A stretch of DNA of 64,000 nucleotides from the NCBI GenBank assembly GCA_040755215.1, contig JBFMBG010000001.1, positions 41,157-105,156 on the forward strand. Direction: 5' to 3'. Made by a program: the position numbers and the translations under genes. Of this stretch, positions 55,328-64,000 are shown one piece after another. Position 1 is the stretch's first letter, and every line of letters begins with the position of its first letter. This DNA is from Bacillota bacterium. GTDB lineage: Bacteria; Bacillota; Desulfotomaculia; Desulfotomaculales; Nap2-2B. The notes below the pieces were generated by a model. That model saw only the letters and a program-made list of their open reading frames with translations. It made no database searches and was not told the origin of the DNA.

Positions 55328-56590
55328 TCAGATCATATTTACAATTTCCCCGGCAATTTCCCCCAACGGCAGCACTTTTTGCGCCGCGCCCGCTTCAATG
55401 GCCGCCTTCGGCATGCCGAAAACGACGCAGGTGCTTTCGGCTTCGGCAATGGTGGGGCCGCCGCGCTCCCGGATCGCGGCCATTCCTTTGGCGCCGTCCC
55501 GGCCCATGCCGGTGAGCAACACGCCCATGGCGTGAGCGCCGTACACTTCGGCGGCCGACGTCATCACGCCGTCCACCGAGGGGCGAAACACACCCGGCGA
55601 ACGGGGTTCTCCGCAACTTTCCAGGCGGACGCTGACGCTGCCGGCGCGCCCGCGAAAGGCTAAATCGCACCCCGCGGGAGCCACCAGCACCTGGCCGGGT
55701 GTCACCGGGTCGCCCGCTTCGGCGTGCTTTACCTGCAGCCGGCTGCGCCGGGCCAAATGCTCAGCCAGAGACCTGGAAAAACCGGGCGGCAGGTGCTGAA
55801 CAACCACCACGGCGGCGGGAAAACCGGCCGGCAGGGCGGGGATTAAAACCTGCAGGGCGGCCGGCCCGCCGGTGGAAGAACCCACCACGACAAGATCCAC
55901 CCGCCCGGCTTTTCCCCGGACGGCTTCCGTCCCCCCGGCAGGGCGCGCGGGCACCCCGTCCGCGCCTTTTTCCCGGGCGGCCGCCGGGCTTTCCGGCGTT
56001 GCTCCCTGCCCGGCCTGGTACTCCCTTTCGGGTTCGGACAGGCGCCCAGGAAGCTTTTTCTCAGGTATTTCCGGAAGGAACCTCTCGGCAGCAACCGGTG
56101 AACGGGTTTCACCCGCACCTGCCGCCTGTTCTGAAGAAGGTTTTCCTAAAGAAGGTTTGCGTAAAGCCGGTCTAAGCAATCCCAGTTTACGGGACGACAC
56201 CATGGCCGCCGTTTTTAATTTTAAAGCCAGTTCGGCGACCATTACGTCCAGATAACCCGGTTTTTCCGGCTTGGCCACAAAATCCACGGCTCCCAGGGAA
56301 AGGGCCTGCATGGTGGCTCTGGCGCCCTTCGTGGTGTGGCTGCTCAACATCACCACCGGCGCAGGGCACCGGCGCATTACCTGCCGGAGCACGCCCAGGC
56401 CGTCCAGCACGGGCATTTCCAGATCCAGCGAAACGGCCTCCGGCCTTAAAGCGCAGATTTTTTTAACCGCTTCTTCCCCGTCGGCTGCCGTATCAATAAC
56501 CACAAAGTCGCCGGTGGCCTCCAGCAAGCGGGCCACCAGGCGACGCATCAAGGCTGAATCATCGACGATCAGGACCTTTACCGGCGGCAT
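55328..56590 (-). CDS. cheB: Chemotaxis response regulator protein-glutamate methylesterase
   Basis: Receiver (VDDS, LD.EMP) plus STGGP, VQH.P, FRPSVD, LTGMGRDG, FGMP; long linker. Confidence 0.95.
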   Translation of the reverse strand: MPPVKVLIVDDSALMRRLVARLLEATGDFVVIDTAADGEEAVKKICALRPEAVSLDLEMPVLDGLGVLRQVMRRCPAPVVMLSSHTTKGARATMQALSLGAVDFVAKPEKPGYLDVMVAELALKLKTAAMVSSRKLGLLRPALRKPSLGKPSSEQAAGAGETRSPVAAERFLPEIPEKKLPGRLSEPEREYQAGQGATPESPAAAREKGADGVPARPAGGTEAVRGKAGRVDLVVVGSSTGGPAALQVLIPALPAGFPAAVVVVQHLPPGFSRSLAEHLARRSRLQVKHAEAGDPVTPGQVLVAPAGCDLAFRGRAGSVSVRLESCGEPRSPGVFRPSVDGVMTSAAEVYGAHAMGVLLTGMGRDGAKGMAAIRERGGPTIAEAESTCVVFGMPKAAIEAGAAQKVLPLGEIAGEIVNMI

Positions 56591-56627
56591 AAGCTACCTC
56601 TTTCGCTGTTAACATTAAATTAAAGAT

Positions 56628-56667
56628 CAGGCACAAAGCTTCCCAGGCACAAAGGCACAAAGTTAAA
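56628..56667 (+). repeat. GGCACAAA(G) octamer repeat cluster
   Basis: Three copies; an inverted counterpart lies at 59551-59600. Confidence 0.75.
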
Positions 56668-56694
56668 AGGCAGAAAAAAGAATTTACTTCCTTC

Positions 56695-58842
56695 CTACCC
56701 CGCCGCGTATGCCGCCGCTTCTTCCACGCCGCCCTCCTTGACGATGCTGCGCGCATCGACAATCAGAGCTACGCTGCCGTCTCCCAGGATGGTGGCGCCC
56801 GAAAGGCCGCTCACCTGACCCAGGTAGCTTCCCAGGGACTTGATCACGATTTCCTGCTCCCCGATGAGCCTGTCCACCACCACGCCCACTTTTTTATCGC
56901 CGGAGCCCAAAACAACCACAAAAACCCGCTCGCCCGGGTTGCTTTCCTGGTTAAAGAAGTGGGCCAGCCGAATCAGGGGCAAAACGCGGCCGCGCACCAC
57001 AATCACTTCATTATGCCTGACGCGCCTGATCTCACCGGGCTTTAACGCCAGGGTCTCGACCACGTTGGTCAGCGGAAAAGCGTAAACCTGTTCTCCCAGC
57101 GTCACCATCAGGGCCCGGATAATGGCCAGGGTGAGCGGCAGCTTGATGGTAAAGGTGGTCCCTGCACCAGGCGCACTGTCGTATTCCACCGAACCGTTGA
57201 TTTGCTCAATCTGGTTGCGCACGATGTCCATGCCCACGCCCCGTCCGGAGACGTCGCTGACGTCCGCGGAAGTGGAAAAACCGGGGGTGAAGATGAGATC
57301 CAGGGCTTCCTTATCGGTCAGGCGGGCCGCCGCTTCGGCACTGAGCAGCCCTTTTTCCACTGCTTTTCTGCGCATCACGGCCGGGTCCATGCCGCGCCCG
57401 TCGTCGGCGAGGGTAATTTCGATCTGGCCCTCCACGTAAGCGGCCTTCAACAATATTTTACCCGTCCGGGGTTTGCCCAGCCGGATCCTTTCCTCCGGCG
57501 GTTCAATGCCGTGGTCTACAGAGTTGCGCAGCAGGTGGATCAGGGGATCGCCGATGACCTCGATAACGTTCCGGTCCAGTTCCGTTTCGCGCCCCTCGAT
57601 AATAAAATCTACTTCTTTGCCCATTTTGTGGGCGAGGTCCCGCACCATCCGGGGCAGCCGGTTAAAGACGTAGGCCACGGGCAGCATCCGCGCCTTCATG
57701 ATTTCCTCCTGCAGGCTGTTGGTAACCTGCCCCAGGTGACTGGAAATCTCCAGCATGTTCTCGGCCAGCTCGTCACCGTAACGGCTTTCAAAAACGTCTA
57801 CGAAACGATCCAGCCGCGTGCGGTCGATCACCAGTTCACCAACCAGGTTCATCAAAGCATCGAGCTTTTGCACGTCCACGCGCACAGTTTTAATATTGTC
57901 CCTGGGCTGGTCCGCGATCCGCTCCCGGAAAGCGGCGGCGGCCGCCGTAACCTCACCGGGCCCGGGAGCGGCGGCGGCAAATCCGGCGCGGATCTGCCGG
58001 ATCTTTACGTTCGTCACTTCGGCAATAGAAAAAATAAGGTTCTTAATCTGACCGGCGTCCTCCTGCGTAAAAATCAAAACGCCAAAACCGCTGCCGTACT
58101 TTCCATCCTGGAGATCCTCGGCGGGAGGGACGCTTTTAATGATTTCCCCCACCTGCTGCAGCGTCTCAAAAATCAGAAAGGCGCGGGCGGCTTTCATCTG
58201 ACAGGCCGGGTCAATGCCGATTTCCACCCAGTACGCCTGGTAGCCGCGTACTTCGGCTTCCCGCAGCAGCGACTCCTCAACGTCGCTTAACGCCACCCCG
58301 CCTCCGAACGGGGAGTCTCCTCCGGCGGCCGGGGCTTCCGTCCCTTTATCTTCCGGAAAGACCCCGGCGGTTGGGGCGGGCGGGGCCTCCTTCGCTGCGG
58401 CGGCAGGAGCCTCCTTCGCTGCAGCGGCACCTCCGGCAACGCCGGCAACGGAAGCCGCCTCGCAACTTACCGTGCATTCACGCAAGCTGGCCACAATGCC
58501 GGCAATATCGGTAGTTTCCGTTTTCGTTTTAGCAATTTCTTCCTTGAGCGCCCGCAGGGTGTCCAGCGCTTCAAAAAGGGTGTCGACGAGCGCCTCGTTA
58601 ACAACCAGGCTCCCCTGGCGCAGGCGGTCGAAAATATTTTCGATCTCGTGGGTCAGGGCGGACATTTTTTCGTACCCCATTACCGCCGAAGAACCTTTGA
58701 TGGTGTGGGCGGCCCGGAAAATCTCCTGAATTGCCTCGGAGCTGCTGCCCCCCTTCTCCATTAAAAGCAGGTTGTCGCTGATCACCTGCAGCTTTTCTTC
58801 CAGTTCCTCAAAGAATATGCTGATTTCTTCGTCGGTAAACAT
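56695..58842 (-). CDS. cheA: Chemotaxis histidine kinase
   Basis: FRAAHTIKG, P2 domain, LMNLVGELV, LRNSVDHG, GFST..SGRGVGMD, CheW domain. Confidence 0.97.
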   Translation of the reverse strand: MFTDEEISIFFEELEEKLQVISDNLLLMEKGGSSSEAIQEIFRAAHTIKGSSAVMGYEKMSALTHEIENIFDRLRQGSLVVNEALVDTLFEALDTLRALKEEIAKTKTETTDIAGIVASLRECTVSCEAASVAGVAGGAAAAKEAPAAAAKEAPPAPTAGVFPEDKGTEAPAAGGDSPFGGGVALSDVEESLLREAEVRGYQAYWVEIGIDPACQMKAARAFLIFETLQQVGEIIKSVPPAEDLQDGKYGSGFGVLIFTQEDAGQIKNLIFSIAEVTNVKIRQIRAGFAAAAPGPGEVTAAAAAFRERIADQPRDNIKTVRVDVQKLDALMNLVGELVIDRTRLDRFVDVFESRYGDELAENMLEISSHLGQVTNSLQEEIMKARMLPVAYVFNRLPRMVRDLAHKMGKEVDFIIEGRETELDRNVIEVIGDPLIHLLRNSVDHGIEPPEERIRLGKPRTGKILLKAAYVEGQIEITLADDGRGMDPAVMRRKAVEKGLLSAEAAARLTDKEALDLIFTPGFSTSADVSDVSGRGVGMDIVRNQIEQINGSVEYDSAPGAGTTFTIKLPLTLAIIRALMVTLGEQVYAFPLTNVVETLALKPGEIRRVRHNEVIVVRGRVLPLIRLAHFFNQESNPGERVFVVVLGSGDKKVGVVVDRLIGEQEIVIKSLGSYLGQVSGLSGATILGDGSVALIVDARSIVKEGGVEEAAAYAAG

Positions 58843-58880
58843 AAGCCCACCTTCCTGGAACTAAATATAAGCACAAGCGG

Positions 58881-59372
58881 CTAAACTCCGGCAGCGGCGG
58901 CTGCTTCTTCTAAAGCCTCTTTTTCTCGTTCGTAAAGAATCCGGTGCGCGTCCAGAAGAATAATGAGCCGCTCGTCAATCAACACGATGCCCTGTAAATA
59001 AGCGGTTGCCCGGCTGGTGACGATTTCCGGCGGCGGCTTGATCTGGCCGCCGGAAAACCGGAGCACTTCCGAAACGCCGTCCACAACCATTCCCACCGTG
59101 GTACCGCCGGCTTCCACGATAATAATCTTGCTGTGTTCGCTGACCCGCCCCGGGCGGGCCAGGCCAAAACGTTTCGCCAGGTCGATCACTGGAATAACCT
59201 GGCCGCGCAACTTAATTACCCCTTCGATAAAATCAGGGCTGCCGGGAACCTGCGTAACGGTTTCCGGGCGGATAATTTCCAGGACATTACTTATATCCAC
59301 CCCGTACGTCTGCCCCGCCAGTTCAAATACGACCACCTGCATGGTCTGGCCGGCGGTTTTCTTCATAACCAC
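58881..59372 (-). CDS. cheW: Chemotaxis coupling protein
   Basis: VVF.L, V.EII, GVI.LRG.VIPVIDL, GMVVD.V.EV. Confidence 0.96.
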   Translation of the reverse strand: MVMKKTAGQTMQVVVFELAGQTYGVDISNVLEIIRPETVTQVPGSPDFIEGVIKLRGQVIPVIDLAKRFGLARPGRVSEHSKIIIVEAGGTTVGMVVDGVSEVLRFSGGQIKPPPEIVTSRATAYLQGIVLIDERLIILLDAHRILYEREKEALEEAAAAAGV

Positions 59373-59550
59373 CCACTCTCCTTAACTTTATTCAACAACC
59401 AAACCACGGCATACCTTTTTCCGGGCCAGCCTTTTTCTTTGCGCTTTTTCAATTTGGTCATCGCCCATGCCCCTTTATAATTTCGCCCCTTTGGGCTTCT
59501 ATCCTTTCATTTCTTCCGGGCCTCCGTCTCTCTATACCTCTTCTTTCCCC

Positions 59551-59600
59551 CTGTCCCTTTGACCCTTTGTGCCTTTGTGCCTGTTTAACTTTGTGCCTTG
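59551..59600 (-). repeat. GGCACAAA(G) octamer repeat cluster, inverted relative to 56628-56667
   Basis: CTTTGTGCC three times plus degenerate CCCTTTG units. Confidence 0.75.
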
Positions 59601-59603
59601 TGG

Positions 59604-60392
59604 TTACTCTTCCTCCCGCCCGGAAGCCTGCTGCATCTCCCTGATCTCCGGCTTCAAGAAAGCGGTGAGGCGTTCCCTGATTAAAATGGGGTTGTAGCCT
59701 GCCTGCAGGGAGACTACACCTTCCAGCATGAGCTGACGGAGGAGCAACTCCTTTTTGCTGAGGTTCTGCAGCTTGGTTGCAATGGGCAGCCAGAACACGT
59801 TGGCGCTGGAAACGCCGTAAAGAGTGGCGATGAAAGCCAGGGCAATGGCCGGTCCCAGGTTTTCCGGCTTATCGATGGACCCCAACACGTGCACCAGGCC
59901 CATAACCGTACCGATAATGCCCATGGTGGGGGCGTATCCGCCCGCCGCCTCAAAAACACCCGCCCCCGTCTGGTGCCGGTCCTGGATGGAAAATATCTCC
60001 ACCTCCAAAATGTTCCGCACCAGGTCCGGGTCGGTGCCGTCCACAACTAACTGGATTCCTTTCCGCAAAAACGGATCATCTATTTCCTCCAGGCGGTTTT
60101 CCAAATACAGGAGCCCTTCGCGCCTGGCTTCTTCAGCCAGTTTAACAATCAACTCAATGGTGCCGGCCGGATCGGGGGGGTTGCGCAAAAAGGCTACCGT
60201 TAAAAGCTTCGGGACAACCTTTAAATCATTTAAAGAAAAGCTTAAGATCGTTGCGCCGATGGTGCCGCCGAAAACGATCATGGCCGCGGTAACCTGGAAC
60301 AACGCGCCAAGATGGCCGCCCTCCAGAACAAAGCCGCCTACCAGAGCAACAACCGCCAGAATCAGCCCGATAAAAGCAGTGGGGTCCATCAA
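59604..60392 (-). CDS. motA: Flagellar stator subunit A
   Basis: IVFGGT, ARREGLL, APTMGIIGTVMGL, AFIATLYG. Confidence 0.95.
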   Translation of the reverse strand: MMDPTAFIGLILAVVALVGGFVLEGGHLGALFQVTAAMIVFGGTIGATILSFSLNDLKVVPKLLTVAFLRNPPDPAGTIELIVKLAEEARREGLLYLENRLEEIDDPFLRKGIQLVVDGTDPDLVRNILEVEIFSIQDRHQTGAGVFEAAGGYAPTMGIIGTVMGLVHVLGSIDKPENLGPAIALAFIATLYGVSSANVFWLPIATKLQNLSKKELLLRQLMLEGVVSLQAGYNPILIRERLTAFLKPEIREMQQASGREEE

Positions 60393-60414
60393 ACTTTTCC
60401 TTTCTTTCCCTGAA

Positions 60415-61209
60415 TTACCCGGCTGCCCCGGCGCCGGGCGTTTCCCCGGCTGGCGCTCCGCCGGCAGGTATTCCGACCGCTTCCGAACCTTTATACCGGC
60501 TGCGCAAGATAACTATATCCACCCGCCGGTTTTGCTGCCGGTTGGCCTCCGAATCGTTGGGCACCCGCGGCCGGTACTCGCCGTAAGCCACCGCCGAAAG
60601 GCGCTGGGGCGGAAAACCGCTGCCGCTGATTAATTCCTGCACAGTGGCCAGGGCACGGGCGCTGGAGAGCTCCCAGTTGGATTTGTACAAGGCGTTGTGA
60701 ATAGGGATATCGCAGGTATGGCCCTCGATCCGGATATAATTGGGTGTTTTCATCAGGATCGGGGCTATCTTCGCAATAATTTCCTTCGCCTGCGGCGTCA
60801 GCTCCGCCGAACCGATCTTGAAAAGCACTTCGTCCTGAAAACTAACGACAATTCCCCGCTCTTCGCTGATTACCGAAATCTTTGCCGCCAGCCCTGTTTT
60901 CTCAATAAAACTGACCAGCTGCCGGCGAATATTTTCCATCTCCGCTTTATCGACGAGATCTTCCATGGTCTCGCGCTCAACGCCACTGATCCCCGGCGTT
61001 AAAGTGGGGCCGAGTTCCTGGAAAACCATCGTGCCCCCGCCCATGACCCTACTTAGTGATTCGGCCAGGTGTTGAAACTTCTTGATATCAACCCGGCTGA
61101 TCGTGTACATGACAATAAAAAAAATTAACAATAACGTAATCATATCGGCGTAGGTGATCAGCCAGCGCTCCATACTGCCGTGCTTTATTTTTGTAGTCGG
61201 CCTCTTCAA
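60415..61209 (-). CDS. motB: Flagellar stator subunit B
   Basis: WLITYADM (critical Asp), EGHT, NWELSSARA, NRRVDI. Confidence 0.95.
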   Translation of the reverse strand: MKRPTTKIKHGSMERWLITYADMITLLLIFFIVMYTISRVDIKKFQHLAESLSRVMGGGTMVFQELGPTLTPGISGVERETMEDLVDKAEMENIRRQLVSFIEKTGLAAKISVISEERGIVVSFQDEVLFKIGSAELTPQAKEIIAKIAPILMKTPNYIRIEGHTCDIPIHNALYKSNWELSSARALATVQELISGSGFPPQRLSAVAYGEYRPRVPNDSEANRQQNRRVDIVILRSRYKGSEAVGIPAGGAPAGETPGAGAAG

Positions 61210-61250
61210 TGAGTGACGCCCCTTTCTTGACTTTTAAACTCTCAATTAAG

Positions 61251-61277
61251 TATTCGATCGTTTAATCCCCTTTTTTA
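61251..61277 (-). promoter_or_regulatory. Possible SigD promoter of the motB-motA-che unit
   Basis: TAAA-N15-ATCGAATA on the minus strand. Confidence 0.4.
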
Positions 61278-61310
61278 CCAAATTTCGACCAAAAAAATAA
61301 ATATCCTCCG

Positions 61311-62990
61311 TCAAAATTTACGGGAGCGCAAAATTGAAAAGACCAGCGCCAGGCCAAGGATACCGCCGGCGACGAAAAGCAATTCGGCCAGGCTTACCCC
61401 GCGAAAGACCACGTCCTCCCGGCCGGCGAGCAGTGCCGAACCAATCATTAATGAACCCAGCAAAATGCTCAAAACCAGCCGGTTGACCAGGACGTTGATC
61501 CTGCCCATGATCCGTTCCGTTTCGGGATTCCGGGCAGTTACCTTCAACTGCCCGGTCGCGGCCAGCTCCAGGACCTGCTCCAGGCGGCGCGGCAGGTGGG
61601 TGAACAGGTGGTGGTAATCAGCAAGATTTTCGAAAACCAACCGGCGAATGCCCTGGAGGCTGAAGCGGCGGGCCAGCAGGCGGCGGCTAAGCGGCCGGGC
61701 GATTTCGGCAATGCTCAGCTCCGGGTCAAGCTGCCTGCTCACCCCCTCGGCAGTCACCAGCGCCTTGGCCAGCATGGTAATCTGGGTAGGGATGCGGATG
61801 CGGTGTCTAAAGGCGATGTCGACCACGTCGTTTACCGAGTCGGCCAACCTTAGTTCTTTAAAGGGAACGGCGTAGTACTTATCCCTCATTTTTTCAACGT
61901 CCCGATAAAACGCGTGACGGTCTATCCCGGGCGGCAGCACGCCCATCCCGGCGATTGCCCGCGCCACCTGGGGCGTGCTTCTGTTGACCAGCCCCAAAAC
62001 CAGATCACCAATCTTTTCCTTTAAATTTTCATCCAGCCGCCCCACAATGCCGAAATCCATAAACATCAGCCTGTCGCCGGGAAGGGCGAACAGGTTGCCG
62101 GGGTGGGGGTCGGCGTGAAAAAATCCGTCAATTAAAATTTGCCGGAGCAGCGCATCGGTGAGGAGGCGCGCAATTTTGCGGCCGTTTACCCCCTGCCGGG
62201 CGAGTTCCGCGGCATCGTTCAATTTAACGCCCTCCACGTATTCCATGGTCAGCACCCTGGGCGTGCTATATTCCCAGTAGACGGCGGGGATGTATATGTT
62301 CGGGTCGTCGCGGAAATTTTTGCGAAACGTGTCGGCGTGCCGGCCTTCCCTGGTAAAGTCCAGTTCTTCCGTGACGATTTGCTCAAATTCCTCCGCCATC
62401 TCGCGAAAACTGCACATCTCCCGGAAAGGGGCGTGCCGGTCCGCCAGGCGGGCAAGGTCGTGAAGGATTTCGAGATCGGTGGCGAGAACTTTTTCAATCT
62501 CCGGCCGCCTTACTTTCACCGCCACCCTTTCCTTTGTTTTCAAAACAGCCCGGTGAACCTGCCCGATGGAGGCGGCGGCCAGCGGCGCGCGCTCGAAGCC
62601 GGCGAATATTTCCTCCAGGTAGTGGCCGAGCTCCATCTGGACGGTTTCCGCAACCTTTTCAAACGCAAAAGGAGGAACTTTATCCTGCAGCTTTTCCAGT
62701 TCCCGGATATATTCCGGCGCCAGAAGGTCCGCCCGCGCCGAGAGCAGCTGGCCCAGCTTAACAAAAGCAGGCCCCAGATCTTCCAGCGCCATGCGCAAAC
62801 GCCGCGCTTTTTTAGCCCGGGGGAGGTTTTTTGCTTCCGGGCGGGCGGCTAATTCTCTTTTTTTGTGACCCACAAACTGGGTAAGCTCAAGCTCGTGCAA
62901 TAAGTAGCCGAAACCGTGCCGGATAAGCACGTTGGCAATTTCACGGTAGCGCTGGAAATGTTTGTAGCGTTTACGCAGGCCAAGTTCCAT
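61311..62990 (-). CDS. ABC1/AarF/UbiB-family atypical protein kinase
   Basis: LGPAFVKLGQ, AAASIGQVH, VAVKV, ELDF, FFHADPHPGN, DFG; C-terminal TMs. Confidence 0.93.
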   Translation of the reverse strand: MELGLRKRYKHFQRYREIANVLIRHGFGYLLHELELTQFVGHKKRELAARPEAKNLPRAKKARRLRMALEDLGPAFVKLGQLLSARADLLAPEYIRELEKLQDKVPPFAFEKVAETVQMELGHYLEEIFAGFERAPLAAASIGQVHRAVLKTKERVAVKVRRPEIEKVLATDLEILHDLARLADRHAPFREMCSFREMAEEFEQIVTEELDFTREGRHADTFRKNFRDDPNIYIPAVYWEYSTPRVLTMEYVEGVKLNDAAELARQGVNGRKIARLLTDALLRQILIDGFFHADPHPGNLFALPGDRLMFMDFGIVGRLDENLKEKIGDLVLGLVNRSTPQVARAIAGMGVLPPGIDRHAFYRDVEKMRDKYYAVPFKELRLADSVNDVVDIAFRHRIRIPTQITMLAKALVTAEGVSRQLDPELSIAEIARPLSRRLLARRFSLQGIRRLVFENLADYHHLFTHLPRRLEQVLELAATGQLKVTARNPETERIMGRINVLVNRLVLSILLGSLMIGSALLAGREDVVFRGVSLAELLFVAGGILGLALVFSILRSRKF

Positions 62991-63160
62991 CAGCTTCAGA
63001 CGCCTCCTCCTGCGCGGCAAAGCAAAAGAATACCTTGCAAAGGGCGCGTTTTCGAAGGCATGTGATAAAATTTACCTGGATAATTTATTTATGGATAGCA
63101 TGCGCAATTTCCTTTAATCAATAATCCACGAAATTTTAATTACGAAGGGGACAAGTACAA

Positions 63161-63985
63161 ATGGACATTGAAATCCTTGCCACACCAAAGGACATTACGG
63201 AAAAGAAGCTCAAAGAAAAGGCGGCGGTCATCTTCGACGTGCTCAGGGCAACCAGCACAATCGTAACCGCGCTGGCCAACGGCTGCCGGGCGGTCATCCC
63301 GGCAAAAGAAATTGCGGAAGCCAAAAGAATAGAGGGTGAGTTAAAAAGTAAAGATGTTTTGTTGGGCGGGGAACGGGGCGGGGAACGGGCGCCCGGTTTT
63401 CCGCATGGAAACTCGCCCCTGGAGTATCCGCAAGCGGTTGTCGCCGGAAAAGTCCTCGTGCTGACCACGACCAACGGCACCCGGGCCATCCGCCTGGCCG
63501 CCAAAGGGGCGTCCGTTTTGTTGATCGGCAGCCTGCTCAACGCCCGCGCCGTGGCCGGGAGGCTGTGGGAACTCCAAAATGACGTTGTGCTGGTCTGCGC
63601 GGGGACGAACGGAAATTTTTCTTTAGAAGATGCGCTGGCGGCCGGAGTGGTGGTCAAAGAAATATTGTCGCTTGCCAGCGGCCGAAATAAGATCGGCTGC
63701 CGGGAAGGGGATCCCGAAAACCTCCGTCGTTCCGGGCCGGCCACAGAAGCCGGACCAGGAAACCCTCCGGTGATCCTCTCCGATCTGGCCACCGCCGTTT
63801 ATCGCCTGGCTTTGTGGTACGGCGATAATTTATTGCCGGCTTTTTATGATTCCCGGCACGGTCAAAGGCTTCTCCGGCTGGGGCTGGCCGGCGACCTGGA
63901 ACACTGCTCCCGGCTCAACCTCTATGATCTGGTGCCGGTTTACCGGCAGGGAATAATCACCGTGCCCTGGCTTTCCCTGCTTTAA
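63161..63985 (+). CDS. comB: 2-phosphosulfolactate phosphatase family protein
   Basis: DVLRATST, GGER, GNSP, TTTNGT, SLED..AG. Confidence 0.9.
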   Translation: MDIEILATPKDITEKKLKEKAAVIFDVLRATSTIVTALANGCRAVIPAKEIAEAKRIEGELKSKDVLLGGERGGERAPGFPHGNSPLEYPQAVVAGKVLVLTTTNGTRAIRLAAKGASVLLIGSLLNARAVAGRLWELQNDVVLVCAGTNGNFSLEDALAAGVVVKEILSLASGRNKIGCREGDPENLRRSGPATEAGPGNPPVILSDLATAVYRLALWYGDNLLPAFYDSRHGQRLLRLGLAGDLEHCSRLNLYDLVPVYRQGIITVPWLSLL

Positions 63986-64000
63986 GCCGCGAGCACATCC

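Noticed and set aside
57202..58290. 362-aa plus-strand ORF, and similar long ORFs at 9037-9999, 11096-12406, 17271-18251 and 33642-34457
   Set aside because: Antisense shadows of well-supported GC-rich genes
59387..59461. 24-aa basic ORF (MTKLKKRKEKRLARKK...) upstream of cheW
   Set aside because: Too short to distinguish from chance in purine-biased sequence
56628..59600. CRISPR array or c-di-GMP riboswitch from the GGCACAAAG/ACGCAAAG repeats
   Set aside because: Units are 8-9 bp with no spacers, no cas genes are present, and the riboswitch stems and tetraloop are missing

Overview
GC-rich Bacillota (Clostridia-like) chromosome segment with five parts. (1) 1-3933: end of a DUF3536-type glycoside hydrolase and treY. 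(2) About 4030-19906: a decayed integrative element of about 15.9 kb in the 3' end of tRNA-Val(TAC). It has duplicated att ends, putative integrase arm repeats, a truncated tyrosine integrase fused to an IS1380 remnant, an ImmA-type protease and a PolA fragment. Its cargo is a Cu+ P-type ATPase cassette, HicAB, an AAA+ ATPase and a five-gene partner-switching operon without a sigma factor (cNMP/AAA+/Fe-S membrane protein, HAMP-PP2C, anti-sigma kinase, STAS protein, alpha/beta hydrolase). (3) A tRNA Asn-Ile2/Met-Glu-Val operon, hypothetical genes and two HEPN/MNT pairs. (4) A pseudaminic-acid-type flagellin glycosylation locus that lacks pseH, is split by a toxin-antitoxin block and carries a second, truncated pseB. 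(5) Late flagellar and chemotaxis genes (fliC, maf, flaG, fliD, fliS, flgLKNM, cheBAW, motB-motA), then an ABC1 kinase and comB. No CRISPR array or rRNA was seen. All family calls come from motif recognition by eye, not from database searches.
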